DNA of 64,000 nucleotides from Perkinsus chesapeaki ATCC PRA-425 (Eukaryota; Protista; Perkinsozoa): NCBI GenBank assembly GCA_013115145.1, contig JAAPAO010000027.1, positions 60,240 to 124,239 of the forward strand, read 5' to 3'. Shown piece by piece: positions 58,360 to 64,000 of this stretch (position 1 is its first letter; each line of letters starts with the position of its first letter). The notes under the pieces were generated by a model. It saw only the letters and a program-made list of their open reading frames with translations, ran no database searches and was not told where the DNA came from. The position numbers and the translations under genes were made by a program.

Positions 58360-61156
58360 GCTAACGAAGACTTGCCGAGTAAGTAAATCTCTGACGAATA
58401 CTTCGGCCACAGCGTCGTCGTATTTGCGCGGGGATCGCGTTGCCTAGTTAATGGCTGAGGTTGCGATGTGCGTCAATTTCCATGTACTGTACTTGTCGCA
58501 AAATAGGACAAGTTCTGTGAAGACTAACTAAAAATGGAAAGATTTCCCAAAAATTTTAGAATTTTGTAGTAATAATTCAGTTCCTTTTCTCAGAAGTTAT
58601 AAAAACTTTCGGGAGATAGCAACGGTTCAGACTGTAGGTCATCACGGAAACCCGGCACGTCGCTACTCATGCTTGTGTGTTGATAAGTTGACCACTTCGC
58701 ATTTGTTTAGTACTCTTCGTTTAGTATTATAAGACTAATAAGATTGTCGTTTTCTCAGAGTCATGGGATTGGCGTGACGTCAACGGCAACAACTATCTCT
58801 CCTTCACTCGCAACCAGCACAACCCCAGCTATTGTGGAGGCTGCTGGGCTTTTGCATGTAGGCTCATCGATCACCCACTATTTCCATTTGATCATTTCTC
58901 TTCAGCAACTTCTGCATTCGCGGATAGACTGACTATCAAATCCGACCGTCGGTGGCCGAACAAGGCGATATCTCCTCAGCAGGTAAGGAGGTGGGGTGTC
59001 ACTCATTTCTATTCTCATTCGTCGCGTGGATTAGTACCATCTCCAGTATGGGGGAGTATCTGTTTGTGTCGTTCGGCAGCTGAGGCATAGAATTTCTTCA
59101 CTAAATCCATTCGATATTTTACCAGGCAGAACCTGCTTACACACGTTCGTGTGTGCCCGGGCACAACAGTTGGCTCTAGGGAGATTATTATTACATTATG
59201 GTCTCAGGTTATCAACTGCCGTGGTGGAGGTGACTGCTATGGCGGTGACAAGTACGGAGTTTATGACTTCTTTTATACCTATGGCGCGGTGAGTCTCTGC
59301 GGTAGTTTAATCTTGATAGGTTTATTATAAACCGTTTATATCAACAAACCTGATATGACGAACTCTGTACTTTAGTATAGGGTCCCCATAATGGGGATTG
59401 TGACCGTTACGGTTGCCACTAGCGACGGTTCTGAGCAATGTTGAGCAAATTCTGACTAAGACGATTGAGATGTTATCATTTCACTATATAATGAACAGTA
59501 AACCAATGTTACTGTGCCATTGAATATGTATTTGTGATCGGCTAATCTCCTGTAGTCTTTTCGGTCGATTGAAGATGGCCTGGACTAAAATGTTATTATA
59601 TTGCTGGTCTAAATAATGATAAATAGTAACATAACCCCCTTTACAAAATTATATGACCTACCGAGTGGTCTTTCAATATAACGAGTTCAATGCTAATTGT
59701 TCGTAAGTTTGCTCTTTAAACTATCTTAACACCAATAAACGTGCCAGCAATGCGTATATCGCTCGCCCACGTGTCATAGTTGGTTTAGGGTGGTTCAGTA
59801 CCACCCTGTCATTCGATATCTGAACTTGATAATAATAAGCTTCTGTGTAATTCCGTGTCAGGTTCATGACACTTGCCGAGGCTACACCGCTACAAACTTC
59901 GATGACTTCCTGGGATGGTGTCCAGCTGAGGCTCGTTGCATGGAGTGCACTGATGGCCCTGAGGGCTGCAAGGCCACGGCCAACTACCGGACATGGTGGG
60001 CTGATTATGTGGAGATGAAGGGTCAGTTACGGTTATTAGGCGTATTAAGGATTTCGCGCGCCTCGAAACTGCTGACCAGATCAAAAGGGAGATATGGAAA
60101 AGAGGGCCTGTGGGATGTGGAGTCGATGCTACCCAGCAGATGGATGAGTAAGTCGGTATGACTATATGTATATATCTTATATGGATACGTCGTCTTCCAT
60201 CTAGATAGATGAATAAGGCTATTCGCGGTTGTGGACAACCCCGAAAATTCTTATTCATAGTACATCTGTATGGTGGTACCGTTATCTAGTAATACCGTAG
60301 TAGAGTCAACCCTGGAATCTATTAAGGCGGCGATACCACTGAAGTTCACTTCCCTGTTGTATTTCATCGGTCTACTTGTTCACGTTGCTAGGCGGCGGAA
60401 TAACGCTTTGTGTCGGATGATTGGGAGCACGTGCCGGAATATTATTGTGCGACACAATTTGTGTCCCAGCCCTTTTTGTACTTTTCACTGTACCATTCGG
60501 GTTTCGAAAAATTGACTATCGTCGGTGCATTTTTGTTGTATCATAAGTATCTTTCTCTTCATCTTCAGCTACGAGGGCGGAGTATTCTACCAGGATAAGG
60601 CTGATGCCGAGATCAACCATGAAGTATCTTTGGTTGGTTGGGGACTAGATCCGGAATCCAAAGATGAGTAAGAGGAGCTACCTCAACACATCAGCTCATT
60701 AATAAAGGGAAATAACTGTTGAAATGCTTAACCCAGGCCGACACCGCCGAAAAATAATGATTATAATTTTCTGCTCGGATGCTATTCGTTATATCATCCA
60801 GCTCTGATCGTGAGTGTTTGGTAACTCCAGACCGATCATCACGACGCTGATAATGCAAAGTAGTGTATTAGGATGTTTCATAGCTTAGCCATCACGGGTC
60901 GGCGATGAGCGGATGTGTATTTCTGTTGTTTGTTAGGTATTGGATAATGCGTAACTCCTGGGGGAGCTTCTGGGGTGAGCACGGCTACATGAGGATCAAG
61001 TTTGGTACACTGTTGATCGACACGGCATGCAGGTGAGCGAACAGCGGAGTTGCTGCAATTTGGGTAGTTGATTGGACTCTGTCTCAGTTGGGGCGAGCCG
61101 GAGGACAAGTTTGATGGTGAAGTCATCCCTAATGTACCCCTCCAAGTTGGCAGTAA
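58360..61156 (+). CDS. Canonical cathepsin Z/X-like cysteine protease domain (C1A), multi-exon; start uncertain
   Basis: SWDWRDVNGNNYLSFTRNQHNPSYCGGCWAF, FADRLTI, INHEVSLVGWG, YWIMRNSWGSFWGEHGYMRI. Confidence 0.85.
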
Positions 61157-62134
61157 GACTCCTGTGCTCGAGGATGCATGCTATTAGACGGCTTGTTGAA
61201 TTATTAATGCTATTATTATTAAAATCCATATTGATTTAATCTCTTTCGATAAGATCCTTATCCCCAATCCGAGCGTTGTTATTTTTGATGTTTAAACTTA
61301 CTAATGTTGCTGTATCTTCCAAGCCTGGCATATTTTTACAGATCTTTCTCCCGTCCCAGTTCCGTCATCTGATGTTGGTTCGAGCACGGACTACCCTGTG
61401 ACCATGCTTGCTGCTGCTTGTTGCTTCATACGTGACCTGGACTGGTATCCCTCTTTGAGGAAGGGGATACCATACTAGGGATACTTTGGGGAGTGCTTCC
61501 TATATCTTTTCGGAAGTGTCGACCAGTTTGATGGAGTCTGTTTTATCCAGATTTAGCAGTGTCCTTATGGTCAGATACCGACTCATTGGTTGTCGCCAAC
61601 TATGTGGAGATGGACCCTACCGGCAATGCGGTCGATTTGCATCCTGCCAGCGAGTCTGCAGAAGATACTGTTGAAATTACTGTTTAAGACAGCAGTTTAT
61701 GTGTTTTGAACCTGTCACTGTTCTGTCAAGGTGACGTCGATAGCACGTAGAGTCTTGTAATAATTGTTGTTGCCGCCGCTCATTTGGCAGCAACAACAAC
61801 ATTAGTTATAATGCCGTCGCTAGCCAGCCGGCGGCGGCGGCGGCCCCTACCACCGTTTACTGAAGCTCCACAGGCCCTCGGGCCTGGGTGGTGCATTTCT
61901 GTCCGTGTCGTCCTTGGTGGTCAACACCGCCGTCATTCGGTAGTGTTGGTTGCCTTGGTCGTTGTTGTTATTAATTTATATTAATTGGTATTAGTCTTAT
62001 TGCTGGTATCATTAAAAGGCATTGCGACCGCCAATGCCAGTCTACTAAATGCTGCTACCACTACCCGCCGCCGCCGTTATAGCTTAGTTGTCACCTTAAT
62101 GTTGTTGCGTACGAGTATATGAAAATTGTAAAAC

Positions 62135-63394
62135 ATGAAACGCTTCGCTCCGCCTATGTCGCGCCGCGTACTTTCACGGGAAGCCGTGTCATCAGCATTT
62201 TGTGATTCTGTAGTAGTGATGAAGGTTCAACCTGACAACGGTGCCACCGCTGGTGCCGGTCTGCAGCCCGCAGGCTCCCCTCGGCTCGTCGATGATAATG
62301 ACAGGCTCCTCGAGCACATTATGGATGGTGTGTCGCCGCCGCCGGGGGGCAGTGGGGAGGTCCCTGTCGGTGGTGGCGAGGGTATTGTTAAGAACACGTT
62401 TCTGGAGTTTGGTGTTGCCAAGCCCAGTGTGTTTAATAGGGCATCAACGTGTCCGCCTGGCACCATGGGGGAAGATAAGCCAACAAGTCTGATGCCTCCG
62501 GTAGGGGCTGAGCTGGAGGCGGTTAGTGAGGAGCTGAAGGGAGGGGTGTCTCCAGCTCCCCAGGTTAATACTCCGCCATTTTCGCCCAACTACAATCAAG
62601 ATAGCAACAGTGGTGAGACTGTCGAAGAGCTGTCGACGGTGATGTTGAGGAATATTCCCAATAAGTATACCCAGTCCAGCCTGTTGGAAGCTATTGATGA
62701 GAAAGGCTTCCGGACGATGTATAATTTCTTTTATTTGCCGGTCGACTTCAAGAACGGTTGCAATATGGGATATGCCTTTATTAATTTCGCCCATCATGAT
62801 TATGCTGTCCGCTTTATGGAGGTATTCGACGGTTACCAACTGCCCGCGGTAAGGTCGGTGAAGATATGCGCGGTCTGCTGGGCCCGCGTACAGGGCCTTG
62901 AGCGCAATGTCGAGCATTATCGCAACTCTCCGGTGAACGAGCTCCCCGATCCTCAGTATAGACCTCTGCTGTTCGGTGCTGACGGGAGCGAGCTACCGTT
63001 TCCGGCGCCGGACCAGAGCGCTACACGTATCAATGGTCGCCGACTGCCGACGGCTGCGGTTAATCAGACGGTTGCTGTTGGGCATGTGGGACATGCTGAA
63101 GCTGGTGGCCCGAGAGCTAATAGACGCCATGGAAGCACTACGCCTAATGCTGCTAATAAGCTCTTTATCGGAGGCCTCAGTCTCACCACCACCGATGAGG
63201 ACATCCGGGCGCATTTTTCCCAATTCGGACAAGTGTTGGATTCGACGGTTGTAAAGGATAGGAAGACTAATGCCTCTCGTGGATTCGGTTTCTGCACTTT
63301 CGCCAGCGAGGCGGTGGCTCAGTACGTCCTGGAGCAGCGCCATTGGATCAACGGTCAGAGCGTTGGAGTGAGGTTGTACTCGCAGAACAAGTAG
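62135..63394 (+). CDS. Mei2-type RRM (RRM_2) protein with an additional C-terminal canonical RRM, intronless
   Basis: TVMLRNIPNKYT..NFFYLPVDFKNGCNMGYAFINF followed by KLFIGGLS..RGFGFCTF. Confidence 0.9.
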   Translation: MKRFAPPMSRRVLSREAVSSAFCDSVVVMKVQPDNGATAGAGLQPAGSPRLVDDNDRLLEHIMDGVSPPPGGSGEVPVGGGEGIVKNTFLEFGVAKPSVFNRASTCPPGTMGEDKPTSLMPPVGAELEAVSEELKGGVSPAPQVNTPPFSPNYNQDSNSGETVEELSTVMLRNIPNKYTQSSLLEAIDEKGFRTMYNFFYLPVDFKNGCNMGYAFINFAHHDYAVRFMEVFDGYQLPAVRSVKICAVCWARVQGLERNVEHYRNSPVNELPDPQYRPLLFGADGSELPFPAPDQSATRINGRRLPTAAVNQTVAVGHVGHAEAGGPRANRRHGSTTPNAANKLFIGGLSLTTTDEDIRAHFSQFGQVLDSTVVKDRKTNASRGFGFCTFASEAVAQYVLEQRHWINGQSVGVRLYSQNK

Positions 63395-63927
63395 TGGTTA
63401 CGAGGAAGAAGTGGCGGTGGTGGTAGTCGAGCTGCAGCAGCGGCTGTGAAGTATTCATTTAGATTATTGTAGATGGGCCGATATTTTTCAGGGATGATAA
63501 TGCGATTGTCATCCACTATTTGGCAATATCAGCGGCAGCAGGAGGCGCTTGTCTTTACTTTGAAGAATACCATTAAGCCATCTCTTTATTTCTACCGAGC
63601 AAGGTTGAGTTCACGGTCTGCGGGAATGGGCTTAATTAGTGTGTTATCCTTGACTCATGTCGGGTTCTCTGTTTTCTGATGAGCCTGGTTACGAGCTGTT
63701 GTGGACCGATCAACAGGCGAAGTCAGGATACGCCTCGTGTGTGAAGGCGGAGCTGTGCGTCCCCTACTTCTTTAGGGACATCGGTCGATGTGATAAAAAG
63801 TAATGAGGACGTCTTGCGGGTCATGTGGGCCTGGAGGCGCGGGAGCACAGCTCGGATTTTTTAGGCATGTTCGATGTGATGGTAGCTTTCATGGGTGTCT
63901 TGGTCGTTGGGTAGTTGATTTCCGCAA

Positions 63928-64000
63928 TAGTAACATATTTCCTATCAAACTCCTTTCTATTATATCTCCTCCTCCGTATCACTAGTAACATATTTCCTAT
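63928..64000. repeat. 18-bp direct repeat TAGTAACATATTTCCTAT at a 55-bp spacing, cut by the window end
   Basis: The same 18-mer occurs at about 63928 and at 63983-64000. Confidence 0.6.

Noticed and set aside
1-64000. Spliced-leader RNA genes or relics (CCGTAGCCATYTTGGCTCAAG-like), tRNA, rRNA and snRNA genes
   Set aside because: Only partial 7-9-nt matches were seen (e.g. near 18275, 29714 and 52740); nothing supportable by eye. An Infernal/tRNAscan run would be decisive.

Overview
Eukaryotic nuclear DNA with short GT/GC-AG introns and expanded families of aspartyl proteases, GLUT-like transporters and Cys-rich secreted proteins. The organism is inferred to be an alveolate of the Perkinsus type; this is not proven. 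Housekeeping genes: a CEP164-like WW protein, an ankyrin-DHHC palmitoyltransferase, an IQ-motif protein, BiP, CPSF2/CPSF100, a GT61 glycosyltransferase, oligoribonuclease, two tandem class I aldolases, cathepsin Z-like protease domains and a Mei2-type RRM protein. An accessory zone at about 16-31.6 kb contains two hexose transporters, a LINE remnant, a gag-only LTR element, a minisatellite, a 108-bp perfect inverted duplication and three copies of a cassette for a small secreted Cys-rich peptide (one intact, one with a nonsense codon, one truncated). The most notable observations are: (1) the unannotated prepro-peptide family with an 8-Cys framework and a shared upstream motif; (2) two paralogous multipass membrane proteins whose first helix matches the Orai/CRAC TM1 pattern, one with Glu and one with Lys at the filter-equivalent position; (3) many chained perfect inverted repeats with 1-nt centres at rearrangement junctions; (4) a cathepsin Z-like domain lacking the oxyanion Gln and catalytic Asn, upstream of a canonical domain. 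Exon boundaries were read by eye, so the outer coordinates of multi-exon genes are approximate.
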